A DNA stretch of 64,000 nucleotides from a virus (lineage: Duplodnaviria > Caudoviricetes). Both the position numbers and the translations under genes were made by a program. The notes under the pieces were generated by a model. That model was not told the origin of the DNA. It saw only the letters and a list, made by a program, of their open reading frames with translations, and did not search any database. Positions 1 through 9,007 of the stretch are shown one piece after another (position 1 is the first letter of the stretch; each line of letters starts with the position of its first letter). The stretch spans positions 22,583 to 86,582 of IMG/VR virus record IMGVR_UViG_3300006226_001703, one strand, 5' to 3'.

Positions 1-3000
1 CCTTTAAGAAAAGATTTTGAATCTGAACTTCGTGGAAATATAGCACAAGGTTATGAACCAGTTAGACACTGGAAAGAAGGCAAGGCCGGGGATTTCTATT
101 TTGTTAAAGAATTAGATATTAGATATCCTGGTTTCAAAGGAATAATGTGGTGGAATCCAAATGGTGGTGGTGATGGAGATGGAGATTGGGAAACTGAAAT
201 GGACCAGTCACTTATCCCAGATGGTGTTACACTTTTAGTTGGTGATGACGAAAAAATAAAAATAAATCCAAACTCACAGATATTTATTGATATTAAAAAT
301 TATAATGATACAACTAATACAACAACACTTACTCAAGCAAAAGCATATGTAGATAATTTATTATTACAAAATCTTAAATTACCTGGATTTGTAAATTTTG
401 AATCTGATTTAATAGGTATGGGTTGGGACCATGAGGGCACACCAAAAGGTGGTGTAGCTTTTGAAGAAGGAAATCCTGGCGATAATTATTATATTAGAGA
501 GCTTGATTATACTGATAGAGAAATTAAAGATTTAACTAAAAGAAGACAAGGTAGAGCTTGGTGGAATCCTAAAAAACCAAGAACAGATACGATTGATGGT
601 AATTGGGAAATTGTTCCTGATAAACAACTTTTTCCAGATAGTATTACAACTAAATTAGACGGTAATGGACAAATTGCTGTTATTGAAGATGCTGAATATC
701 TTGAAACAATAAGAGGAAGTATAACTAGCGTAGATAGTAAATTTGTTACTATAACAACAAACTTAAATACTAAAATTGATACAAGAGAAGCAGCTATTCG
801 TTCAGATGCAGCTTTAATGAAAACTAATCTTGAAAATCGAATGGACGGTCTTGATTTAGCAACAAATGAAAAATTTGAAGGGGAAATTGATAGAGTTGAA
901 ACTGAAAGTAAGACTCGTGATGGAAATCTAAATACAAAAATTGAAAATGTAGATATTGCACTTAGAACTTTTGCAACACAACATATAACTAGAATCAATG
1001 GAGAAATTGCAGAATCAAATGGTAGAATAGATGATGCTGAAGATGAAATAGACAGAGTTGAAACTGAAAGCAAAGAACGCGACACTGCTCTTGATAATAA
1101 AATATTAGCATTAAGTGGCGAAAATATTCCTGGCTGTTTAGATGAAGATACTATACAAGATGCTAAGGATATGACAATCAATGAATATACTAGAAGTTTA
1201 TTCGAAGAAGCAAAAGAACATGCTGATGAAATTGTTCTAAATAACTTAAGAATTCCTGGAAAAATAGATAGAGAATCTAGATTAAGAAATAAAGATGCAA
1301 TTACAGGTATCTATTATAATATGCATCAACAAACAGGTTACACAGGAGAACCACCAAAACATGGTGAAAATTATATTGTTGAAGATTTAGACATTACATA
1401 TCCTGTTCATGGAGATGAAAGAAAACATCAAGGTAAAATGTGGTGGAACCCAGATAAAAAATATACTGGTAGTGATATTGAAGGTAAATGGGAACTCGTA
1501 AGGGACGAAAAAATATTTGCAGACGATGACACAATAATAACAAATGACACAACTGGTCTCATTGAAGTCAACATAGAGGCTGAATATCTAGGGAATATTA
1601 GAAGTTCTATAAGTGACACAAACACAAGAATAGACGAACTTCATGGTAGTAACTTAAATATTGATGATGAAGATGAAACTAAAACTATTAAAGAATATGT
1701 TGATGATTCTATAGAAAATTTTGATATTGATTTAACAGAAAGATTTTTATCATTCACTAAAGTTCTAAAACGAACTGATTTAGAATCTAATTTCAGAGGT
1801 GATGGGGGAACTAAACCTTTTAAAGATGGGGAAATTGGTGATATTTATATTGTTAAAAACTTAGATGTATCTCATCCAGGATTTAAAGGAATAATGTGGT
1901 GGAGATCTGGTACTGATTTAGGACCAAACGGAAAAGGCCTTTGGGAAATTGAAAAAGATGAAACTTTATTACCTGATGAAGATGAGCTTATTTATAAAGC
2001 TGATGGCACAATTACTTTAAATCCAGATTCTGAATTATTACAAGCAATATATGCACAAATTACTACAGAAGTTGGAGAATTAAAAACTGAAATAGAAGAA
2101 GAAATAATTGAACCTATTACTACAGATATTACAACATTAGAAGGACGAGCTAATGATTTAGATGAAGCTATTGAAAGAATAGACGAAACTATTGAAGAAT
2201 TAGATGGTAATAAAATAAAAGCAACATTTGAGCTTGATGAAGATAGAGAAGATGCTTATGGTAAAACTATAAATGAATATATTGAATCATTGTATCAGGC
2301 AGCTCTTGATCATACTAATGGCATAATTTTGCAGAATCTTAAAATTCCAAAGTTTATTGATAGAGAATCTCTATTAAGAAGAATTGATGATAATACTGAA
2401 GAATATTATGACCTTCATACAACTCCAACATTTGATGGAGATATGCCAGAACCTGGCGATAATTATATCGTTGGCCACCTTGATATAACTTATACAGATA
2501 ATCCTTATAAAGGACTCATGTGGTGGAACCCAGATGATTCTTATCCAAAAACACCAAATATAAAGGGAAGATGGGAAGCAGTAAAAGATGAAAGATTATT
2601 TCCAGATGGATTTACAACTAAGTTAGACAATGGAAGAATAGCAGTTGATTTTAGTCATACTTATTTTACTGAATTGGAATCAGAACTTGAAGGATTACAT
2701 GAAGATGTAGAAAGAATTGATGAAAAATTAAATGATATAGATGAAGATATAGGTGAAATCAACGGAAGAATTGATGGTGTCGAGGAAGATATAGAGACAC
2801 GTGAAAGTACACTACGCGGAGAAATAACAGAGCATGTTAGTACTCTTGACGGAAGAATTACTACTGAAGTTTCTACTATCAACGGAAGAATTGATGGTGT
2901 CGAGGAAGATATAGAGACACGTGAAAGTACACTACGCGGAGAAATAACAGAGCATGTTAGTACTCTTGAAGGGGAAATTAGTAGACTTGATGGAGATATA

Positions 3001-4101
3001 GATCGAATTGATAATGATATTGACGGAATAAATCAACGAATAACTTCAGAAGTTACAAATGGTGTTAACAGAAATAATACTACTAACACAAAGTTTGATA
3101 CAATAACAGATACAATTATTTCAAATGCTAATCTTGATAAACAAAATAGATTCCGCATTGTAGAAGATAATACTGAATTAAATGCAGCTACACCAAAACA
3201 AAACAAAGACTTGTTTTATAAGAGAGATACATCAAGATTATTTGTACAAGATGATGACAAATTAGTTGAATTATATCATCCAATAAAAGCATTCGATGAT
3301 GTTAGTGAAATAACTACTGACACATTACATCGAAAAGAATTGGGCTATAATAAAGATAACAGAAGACTTTATTTACATGATAGAGACAAAATTGAAGAAT
3401 TATATACTCCAAGAATTCCAAATAGAGCTTCACATGTTATTAGCTATGGTTTTAGTCACACATTTACTGGTAGAAATCAATTATTTGGCGGACAAAATCA
3501 ACCAATAAACTTAAGTGAAGGTCATGTCCAAGCAAGATTTGAAGGACCAGAGGCTGGTTCATTCTTTACTTTAAACTTTCCGCAAGATCATTTTTGGATT
3601 AGATTCATTTGGTCTAACTTAGTAACTGAAACTGAATACACACCTTTTAGAATGGCTTTAGCTTGTAAAAACTTTGATCAAGGAGAACATGCTGAAGTTA
3701 TAATTAACACAGTTACTTACAACTGGAATACTCAAACATCTAATCCTCCTGGATATTTAGAGCAGGGGATTGATGGTGGTATCGGTAACTTTATGACAAC
3801 TTATTTGAGAAGAATTCAAGCTACACCAACTACTGATAGTGCATGGCAGTCAATTAAAGCTAATAATATTTTCTCAGTACTTTATGATATGATTGATATT
3901 AAGATTAGATTTATTAGATCAAATATGTTCTATTATTTCAGATGTTTCCCAGATGTAATAAGTTATAAACCTGATGCTGTGTTACCTGATGAAGTTAGAG
4001 TGCCAAGGTTAAACTTCTATGTAGATTGTTACAAACCAAATGCATTGCCACAGGCTGACCCATTTATTGATATCGTTTATAACGTTCAAGATTTTAATTA
4101 A
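1..4101 (+). CDS. Large repeat-module virion fibre/structural protein, 5'-truncated (frame open from base 1; ORF track starts at 145)
   Basis: Frame reads PLRKDFESELRG...GDFYFVKELDIRYPGFKGIMWWNP from base 1. Five copies of a GD/ENYxVxxLD...GxxWW(NP)...GxW module alternate with acidic coiled-coil segments; distinct C-terminal domain. Confidence 0.65.
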   Translation, partial: PLRKDFESELRGNIAQGYEPVRHWKEGKAGDFYFVKELDIRYPGFKGIMWWNPNGGGDGDGDWETEMDQSLIPDGVTLLVGDDEKIKINPNSQIFIDIKNYNDTTNTTTLTQAKAYVDNLLLQNLKLPGFVNFESDLIGMGWDHEGTPKGGVAFEEGNPGDNYYIRELDYTDREIKDLTKRRQGRAWWNPKKPRTDTIDGNWEIVPDKQLFPDSITTKLDGNGQIAVIEDAEYLETIRGSITSVDSKFVTITTNLNTKIDTREAAIRSDAALMKTNLENRMDGLDLATNEKFEGEIDRVETESKTRDGNLNTKIENVDIALRTFATQHITRINGEIAESNGRIDDAEDEIDRVETESKERDTALDNKILALSGENIPGCLDEDTIQDAKDMTINEYTRSLFEEAKEHADEIVLNNLRIPGKIDRESRLRNKDAITGIYYNMHQQTGYTGEPPKHGENYIVEDLDITYPVHGDERKHQGKMWWNPDKKYTGSDIEGKWELVRDEKIFADDDTIITNDTTGLIEVNIEAEYLGNIRSSISDTNTRIDELHGSNLNIDDEDETKTIKEYVDDSIENFDIDLTERFLSFTKVLKRTDLESNFRGDGGTKPFKDGEIGDIYIVKNLDVSHPGFKGIMWWRSGTDLGPNGKGLWEIEKDETLLPDEDELIYKADGTITLNPDSELLQAIYAQITTEVGELKTEIEEEIIEPITTDITTLEGRANDLDEAIERIDETIEELDGNKIKATFELDEDREDAYGKTINEYIESLYQAALDHTNGIILQNLKIPKFIDRESLLRRIDDNTEEYYDLHTTPTFDGDMPEPGDNYIVGHLDITYTDNPYKGLMWWNPDDSYPKTPNIKGRWEAVKDERLFPDGFTTKLDNGRIAVDFSHTYFTELESELEGLHEDVERIDEKLNDIDEDIGEINGRIDGVEEDIETRESTLRGEITEHVSTLDGRITTEVSTINGRIDGVEEDIETRESTLRGEITEHVSTLEGEISRLDGDIDRIDNDIDGINQRITSEVTNGVNRNNTTNTKFDTITDTIISNANLDKQNRFRIVEDNTELNAATPKQNKDLFYKRDTSRLFVQDDDKLVELYHPIKAFDDVSEITTDTLHRKELGYNKDNRRLYLHDRDKIEELYTPRIPNRASHVISYGFSHTFTGRNQLFGGQNQPINLSEGHVQARFEGPEAGSFFTLNFPQDHFWIRFIWSNLVTETEYTPFRMALACKNFDQGEHAEVIINTVTYNWNTQTSNPPGYLEQGIDGGIGNFMTTYLRRIQATPTTDSAWQSIKANNIFSVLYDMIDIKIRFIRSNMFYYFRCFPDVISYKPDAVLPDEVRVPRLNFYVDCYKPNALPQADPFIDIVYNVQDFN
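2758..2969 (+). repeat. Perfect 92-bp intragenic direct repeat (2758-2849 and 2878-2969), period 120 bp = 40 aa
   Basis: Identical atcaacggaagaattgatgg...tactcttga copies read directly; encodes INGRIDGVEEDIETRESTLRGEITEHVSTL twice. Confidence 0.97.
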
Positions 4102-4793
4102 GATTTTTTGGGGTCTAGTAATAGACCCCATTTTTTTGTTTCAGTATCTAATTCAATTATTTTATCGTGCTTTCCAGTATCAATAAAAATCAAACTATCT
4201 TTATTGTCACTTAATCTTTCACGAGGATTATCATCACTTTCAGTATGCCCAACAACTTGATTATAACCTTTAATAGCAGTACGAATTAAAGCACCAGGTC
4301 TAATCCAAAGAGGGCCTTCATTTAAGTTGTTGCCATACCCGTCTGGTCCAACCCATCTGAAGAAGTTGGGCCTTTCCTTAAAGAGTTGATTGATTTCTTG
4401 AGGCTCTTTAATGCCTGCTGAACGCATCCACTTATATGAGACACCACCGTGGCTAAAAATATAGCTATCAAAAATAAAGCAAACATCAAATACATTTTTA
4501 TTTTCATCAAAAAATTCCTTAATATCTATAGCATGAGTAGGTTGATATCCACTGCATCTTTCATCGAGATAATATGATGTGTCATGATTAGCCCAACATA
4601 AACAAACTTTTTCTGGATTTGATCTCTTGAACTTAATTATCTCTTTTGCATTGCCCATTTGTTTTGGCCATTGATTTGTCCAAGTGTCAAAAATATCTCC
4701 GAGGAAAACTATCTTGTCATAAGAGTTAATGAGTTTAATTGTTTTTTTCCAGTGTTCAGATTGATGAATATCTGGGATTGCTATTATTTTCAA
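4098..4793 (-). CDS. Calcineurin-like metallophosphoesterase
   Basis: Motifs IPDIH, FLGDIFD, WANHD, FSHGG, VVGHT. Confidence 0.88.
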   Translation of the reverse strand: MKIIAIPDIHQSEHWKKTIKLINSYDKIVFLGDIFDTWTNQWPKQMGNAKEIIKFKRSNPEKVCLCWANHDTSYYLDERCSGYQPTHAIDIKEFFDENKNVFDVCFIFDSYIFSHGGVSYKWMRSAGIKEPQEINQLFKERPNFFRWVGPDGYGNNLNEGPLWIRPGALIRTAIKGYNQVVGHTESDDNPRERLSDNKDSLIFIDTGKHDKIIELDTETKKWGLLLDPKKS

Positions 4794-5155
4794 AGTGTCT
4801 CCAATAATTTTAATTGTTCTCTTAATCTATTAGTTAATTCTCTCTCATGAGCAATTTCTTGTTCATATTCATTAATCATTTTACTCATAGCATCTTCTAA
4901 AGCTTTGTACTTTAAAGTTATCATTGTCATTTCAACTCTCATTCTAGAAGCATCTTGTGAAGCCTCACCACCATTAGTAAACACAGCGAATCTGTCTGGT
5001 CCACCACCAGTAAAGCCTCCGCTTTCATGTTCTTTAAATGCTCTAATATGTGCAATTTCTTGTAAGTCTTCAACTGGGATATCTATAATCTTATCTAATC
5101 TATCATCAATGAGCGAGTTATCTTTTAATGCAATTGACAACGCATATTTAGCCAC
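4790..5155 (-). CDS. Hypothetical protein (C-terminal coiled coil)
   Basis: 121-aa ORF, GTG start, tightly packed in minus-strand operon. Confidence 0.6.
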   Translation of the reverse strand: MAKYALSIALKDNSLIDDRLDKIIDIPVEDLQEIAHIRAFKEHESGGFTGGGPDRFAVFTNGGEASQDASRMRVEMTMITLKYKALEDAMSKMINEYEQEIAHERELTNRLREQLKLLETL

Positions 5156-5309
5156 TTAATTTTTCCAATATGAAAACAAAGGCAACAATTACAGCAAATA
5201 CTAAAACTATATGATACAACATAATACTGCCCAAATTAAGCATGTCTCTTAAAGTCCACTTAATTTTTCCGCTCCAAGTTACTTTGTAATTTCCTTTGTC
5301 AATAGTCAT
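5148..5309 (-). CDS. Small membrane protein (53 aa, not in ORF track)
   Basis: MTIDKGNYKVTWSGKIKWTLRDMLNLGSIMLYHIVLVFAVIVAFVFILEKLSG; ATGA overlap with upstream gene; hydrophobic C-terminal helix. Confidence 0.5.
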   Translation of the reverse strand: MTIDKGNYKVTWSGKIKWTLRDMLNLGSIMLYHIVLVFAVIVAFVFILEKLSG

Positions 5310-5533
5310 TTCTTTTCTCCCACAATTAGTCTATCGCTTTTTCTTTTATTTCCATATTTGTCAGCATCTTCTTCATATGCTTTTAATCTGTTCTCTATCT
5401 CTTTTTGAATTGCCAAAGTTAGTGTGTCTTGTCTAGACTCTTCTAATGTTTGGCTAGCTATTTTTATCGTGTACCATTCTACTAAAGTGCGGACGCTATA
5501 TCTGTGTAAATACTTGATATCCGTTATGTCCAT
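5306..5533 (-). CDS. Hypothetical protein
   Basis: 75-aa ORF in packed operon. Confidence 0.55.
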   Translation of the reverse strand: MDITDIKYLHRYSVRTLVEWYTIKIASQTLEESRQDTLTLAIQKEIENRLKAYEEDADKYGNKRKSDRLIVGEKK

Positions 5534-5537
5534 AATC

Positions 5538-5828
5538 TTAATAAGAAACTCTTAACCAAAGGTCTTTGTCTTCTGACTCCTCTTCATCTACTTTGTAATT
5601 AGCTTTTTCTAATTCATCTTTTACAATATCAAATGCCAAATCTGTTATTTTGTTGACTGTAATTCTAACAACTAATTCATTATTTGATCTGGCCAATTTA
5701 AGTTTTTCATTTAGTAAGCAAATTATGTCACTTGCTTCCTTAATAGCTCGCTTATCATAATTGTCAGTTGGAAGTTGTAAAAGTTCATCTCTACTTACAA
5801 GTTTTGGCCCACCATATTTTAGCGTCAT
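5538..5828 (-). CDS. Hypothetical protein
   Basis: 96-aa ORF; general style similar to the small proteins at 8341-8757 and 8735-9007. Confidence 0.55.
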   Translation of the reverse strand: MTLKYGGPKLVSRDELLQLPTDNYDKRAIKEASDIICLLNEKLKLARSNNELVVRITVNKITDLAFDIVKDELEKANYKVDEEESEDKDLWLRVSY

Positions 5829-6136
5829 TTTATTCTCCTTACTTGACTTATTGGAATCGGTGTAAAGACTTTAAATTCTTGAATTACATCATTAGGCCCA
5901 GCTTCTTTTTGCTCTTTTAAGAAATTAACATCAAACTGGTCAAATGGTCTACCTTTAAATTCGTAATCAACTTCTAAAAGCACATCAGTTTTCCAACCAT
6001 TGAAAGAAAAGTTTTCTCCCCAATCAACTTCGGATAACGAAATAAACCCATAATTCCCGCCAAGCCACCCATCTAGACAACCTGACATTTGAATTTTTCT
6101 CCAATTTTCTTCTGTAGTTCTATGTAATAATTTCAT
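5825..6136 (-). CDS. Hypothetical protein (weak ADP-ribosyltransferase-like pattern)
   Basis: N-terminal LLHRT, central ISLS and late QEF resemble the H/R-S-E strand order of ART folds; weak. Confidence 0.35.
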   Translation of the reverse strand: MKLLHRTTEENWRKIQMSGCLDGWLGGNYGFISLSEVDWGENFSFNGWKTDVLLEVDYEFKGRPFDQFDVNFLKEQKEAGPNDVIQEFKVFTPIPISQVRRIK

Positions 6137-6537
6137 CTTATCTCAAATTGTAAATCATTATAATGGTTGTCATACTTCAGAATATTATGAAGTTGGTCTA
6201 ACCATTTTTTATCGCCAATCATTAATGGAGTTATTTCCCAAGCATTTTTATTTTGAACTAAATCTTTAGCTTCTTTTAAGCCAAATTCTTTTACTTCTAA
6301 ATTGCTATATTTTTCTCCAAACTCTTTGTGTAAGTTTCTAATAGTTTTAATAACAGATATTGTGTACTCTTCATTAAATGATTTTAAGAATAAAGCTGCT
6401 TTTTGAGATTTAGTTTTTTCAAGTTTTCTGTTAACTTTTAATTCGTAACCTCTGTCAACTAATTGTTGAGATAATTCGTAAAATTCATCACTGTCTAATT
6501 CATCAAATAATTCTAATATATGTAGAACGTCTTTCAT
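6133..6537 (-). CDS. Protein with ribosomal protein L7/L12 C-terminal-domain-like motif
   Basis: ISVIKTIRNL...FGLKEAKDLVQ matches the L7/L12 CTD signature VIKxVRxxTGLGLKEAKDLVE, with an insertion. Confidence 0.6.
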   Translation of the reverse strand: MKDVLHILELFDELDSDEFYELSQQLVDRGYELKVNRKLEKTKSQKAALFLKSFNEEYTISVIKTIRNLHKEFGEKYSNLEVKEFGLKEAKDLVQNKNAWEITPLMIGDKKWLDQLHNILKYDNHYNDLQFEIR

Positions 6538-6540
6538 ATT

Positions 6541-6888
6541 TTAATCCAATAAATGTAAAAAATTAGCTCGTAAGTCTTGCCATTCCTTTTTATTTAATAA
6601 GCTTCCCAATATATGTAAAGTCATTCTTGGGTTATTTCCTTTTTGAATTGATAGCACTGCTTCCTTTTTAATTTCGTCAAGCTCACTGTTTATCAAAGGT
6701 TTTAATATCTTCTTAACATCTTTACTATCAGTTCCATCAATAACAAATCTCAAACCATACCAAAAAATATCTCTATTGTTTACTTCTTCAACATGTTCGT
6801 TAGTTTCATCCTCCAAAGCCAAGAGCCCCTCTCGTCTTGCCTTTTCCGATAGACTTAAAGCCTTAATAATAAAATTTATCTTTTCCAT
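6541..6888 (-). CDS. Soluble MotA-cytoplasmic-domain-like protein (no TM helices)
   Basis: SEKARREGLLALEDE, GLRFVIDGTD and KEAVLSIQKGNNPR match the MotA cytoplasmic loop and C-terminal motifs. Confidence 0.75.
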   Translation of the reverse strand: MEKINFIIKALSLSEKARREGLLALEDETNEHVEEVNNRDIFWYGLRFVIDGTDSKDVKKILKPLINSELDEIKKEAVLSIQKGNNPRMTLHILGSLLNKKEWQDLRANFLHLLD

Positions 6889-6893
6889 AGTAA

Positions 6894-7487
6894 TTAGTCC
6901 CTTGATTTGAATGAGATTCCAGCATAGTGTTTTTCAATCGCATGAATTGAAATTGGCTTATAATCTATCTGCTCAACTGAAACGTTATAATAAAGATTCT
7001 TATCAGAATCATGTTTGAATATCCTGTGTTCTCCAATATGAAGATGTCCATGAATATTGACTCTGCAACTATTTGCTTCGAGGAAAACTGGCTCATGTGA
7101 AAGAATCATGTAGTTATTCCAAATAATTGGATGTCTGCTTGCCCATTCAAAGCCAAGTTGCATGTAATCTGTTGCTCTATAAGCATCATGATTTCCACAT
7201 ATCAACATTTTTCTTCCATTTAATTGATAAGCCATATTGGAAACTTTTTCTTTATTGCCCAAACAAAAATCGCCAAGCATGTAAACGATATCATCATGTC
7301 CCACTGTGTTATTCCAGTTTTGAATCAACTTGTAATTCATTTCTTCCACATCTTTAAATGGACGATGACAATACTCGATTATCTTAGCGTGATGAAAATG
7401 AGTGTCGGCTATAAAGAAAACTTTATTGGCCACAATTTCCTCCATAAGCTCCATCGTGACAATCACCAGCTTCGCAACAATCATCAC
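6894..7487 (-). CDS. Calcineurin-like metallophosphoesterase
   Basis: IADTHFHH, MLGDF, GNHD, LSHEP, HGHLH. Confidence 0.9.
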   Translation of the reverse strand: MMIVAKLVIVTMELMEEIVANKVFFIADTHFHHAKIIEYCHRPFKDVEEMNYKLIQNWNNTVGHDDIVYMLGDFCLGNKEKVSNMAYQLNGRKMLICGNHDAYRATDYMQLGFEWASRHPIIWNNYMILSHEPVFLEANSCRVNIHGHLHIGEHRIFKHDSDKNLYYNVSVEQIDYKPISIHAIEKHYAGISFKSRD

Positions 7488-7650
7488 AAGGATAACTTTT
7501 ATCTAATTCTTTTTCACCCTCAGAAAATTTTTGCATTAAATCTGTGTGAAAATCATTTAATTGCATTCCAGTTCTCATATTGATTATAATCCATTCAAGA
7601 TAAATTATATGTAATAACTTGAATTCATCTTCAGTTAAATCTAAAGTCAT
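7423..7650 (-). CDS. Hypothetical protein, Cys-rich C-terminus
   Basis: 75 aa; ends YPCDDCCEAGDCHDGAYGGNCGQ. Confidence 0.5.
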   Translation of the reverse strand: MTLDLTEDEFKLLHIIYLEWIIINMRTGMQLNDFHTDLMQKFSEGEKELDKSYPCDDCCEAGDCHDGAYGGNCGQ

Positions 7651-7916
7651 GCTTTATAATCTCCACATTTATGGCAATGAGGACAATCAAATTCACAACA
7701 ACAATCTGGGCAAGCAGGCCTATGAACTTTTGGAGTTGGGGCTCGTGGTGGTTCTGGTGGCCTTGGTGCACGAGGGTCATGTGAAAATCTTAAAATTCTT
7801 TCTTCCATCTCTTTTTCTTTTTGGAGCTTATTAAACAATTCTTTGAAATAACCTTCTTGCTCTAATTCTTTAAAAGCTTGTTTGAAAATAGATTTTATTT
7901 CAGCTTCACTTTTCAT
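7647..7916 (-). CDS. Hypothetical protein, Pro-rich linker and Cys-rich C-terminus
   Basis: PRPPEPPRAPTP followed by CPDCCCEFDCPHCHKC. Confidence 0.55.
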   Translation of the reverse strand: MKSEAEIKSIFKQAFKELEQEGYFKELFNKLQKEKEMEERILRFSHDPRAPRPPEPPRAPTPKVHRPACPDCCCEFDCPHCHKCGDYKA

Positions 7917-8331
7917 TATTATTTTTCGTTTCCTTTGGTTGTGGCTTCTTTTCTTTCTTAAACTCTCTACAAGGCTTTTCTACCATAGTTTTATTTGGCG
8001 CTTTTTTATCTTCCTGCATTATCTCTCTGAGCATTGTTTTCACTTCCTCACGAGGGAGTTGAATCTTTGTAGAAGACCATTGATGGAAACCATGGGGATT
8101 AGAGTTTTGTCTCGTTTCAATTTCAAATTGTCTTTCAGCCTCAGCCCAAACTATGTCTGCCACTTCTTGAATAGCATTCATACTTAATTTAATAAGCTTT
8201 TTTCTGTCAACAATATCTGAGTCAACTCCATCTAAACATAAAGTGTCCGCTGCAAAAATGCTCACTTGTTGTTCTAACAAGCGAATTACATTTTTTGAAA
8301 ATGGACCTTTAATGTGATTTTTTCCAAACAT
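7906..8331 (-). CDS. Hypothetical protein
   Basis: 141-aa ORF with SD-like ggag upstream. Confidence 0.55.
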   Translation of the reverse strand: MFGKNHIKGPFSKNVIRLLEQQVSIFAADTLCLDGVDSDIVDRKKLIKLSMNAIQEVADIVWAEAERQFEIETRQNSNPHGFHQWSSTKIQLPREEVKTMLREIMQEDKKAPNKTMVEKPCREFKKEKKPQPKETKNNNEK

Positions 8332-8340
8332 TTTAATCTC

Positions 8341-8757
8341 CTATTTAAAAAATGATATTATCCAATCTTTTCCTTCTAGAGGACCAGTCTTACTAAATGA
8401 TTTAGCTGAACTTATTTCATAACCTGCACTTGATAATACGTCAGCAACTTTAAGCAATTGTTGTTCATCAATACTTAAATGTTTTCTAATATCATCAACA
8501 CAAATTTGCCACCTACCAGCCTTCCTAGCTTCTATTAGTTTTTCATTTACAAAGTTAACAAAATCATTAAACTGTTTAACCCATAATTCTTTACAATTAT
8601 ATTTTTCTTTTAATTCTTCCTTAGTAATAAATCTTGGTATATCACCACCAAACATTTCTTCATGATATTTTTCTTTAGCTAAACCCATTAAAACTTCTGA
8701 TGCGAAATTATAGATTTCATTATCATCATGATTGTCACTCATTGTCTTCTTCCTCAA
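8341..8757 (-). CDS. Hypothetical protein
   Basis: 138-aa ORF; true start may be the internal ATG (MSDNHDD). Confidence 0.55.
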   Translation of the reverse strand: MRKKTMSDNHDDNEIYNFASEVLMGLAKEKYHEEMFGGDIPRFITKEELKEKYNCKELWVKQFNDFVNFVNEKLIEARKAGRWQICVDDIRKHLSIDEQQLLKVADVLSSAGYEISSAKSFSKTGPLEGKDWIISFFK

Positions 8758-9007
8758 ACTTTATATGAATATGCATTCCCAACGGAACTATTTTGTAACC
8801 CAAATTATATAAGTCATCTAATAGACGCTTTTTATTTTCTTCATAATGAATCATTTGGTCAATACAAAACATATAAGCATCTTTACCTTCATCACGAGCT
8901 TCTTTTAATTCCTTATTCAAATAGATTTTAATTTTGCTATACTCTGATGCTATTTTTCTTTTTGGAACTCTCTTTAACAATTCATCTTTTGATATTAAAT
9001 TAAACAT
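8735..9007 (-). CDS. Hypothetical protein
   Basis: 90-aa ORF; shares LISKxEL N-terminal style with 5538-5828. Confidence 0.55.
   Translation of the reverse strand: MFNLISKDELLKRVPKRKIASEYSKIKIYLNKELKEARDEGKDAYMFCIDQMIHYEENKKRLLDDLYNLGYKIVPLGMHIHIKFEEEDNE

Noticed and set aside
507-1181. Long antisense ORFs (also 29992-30285, 30720-31142, 33637-34017, 38069-38509)
   Set aside because: Shadow frames opposite well-supported genes, caused by low-complexity or biased codons.
2758-2969. Direct repeat as a DGR template/variable repeat pair
   Set aside because: The copies are identical with no adenine-specific mismatches, in-frame and adjacent in one gene, and no reverse transcriptase is in the window.
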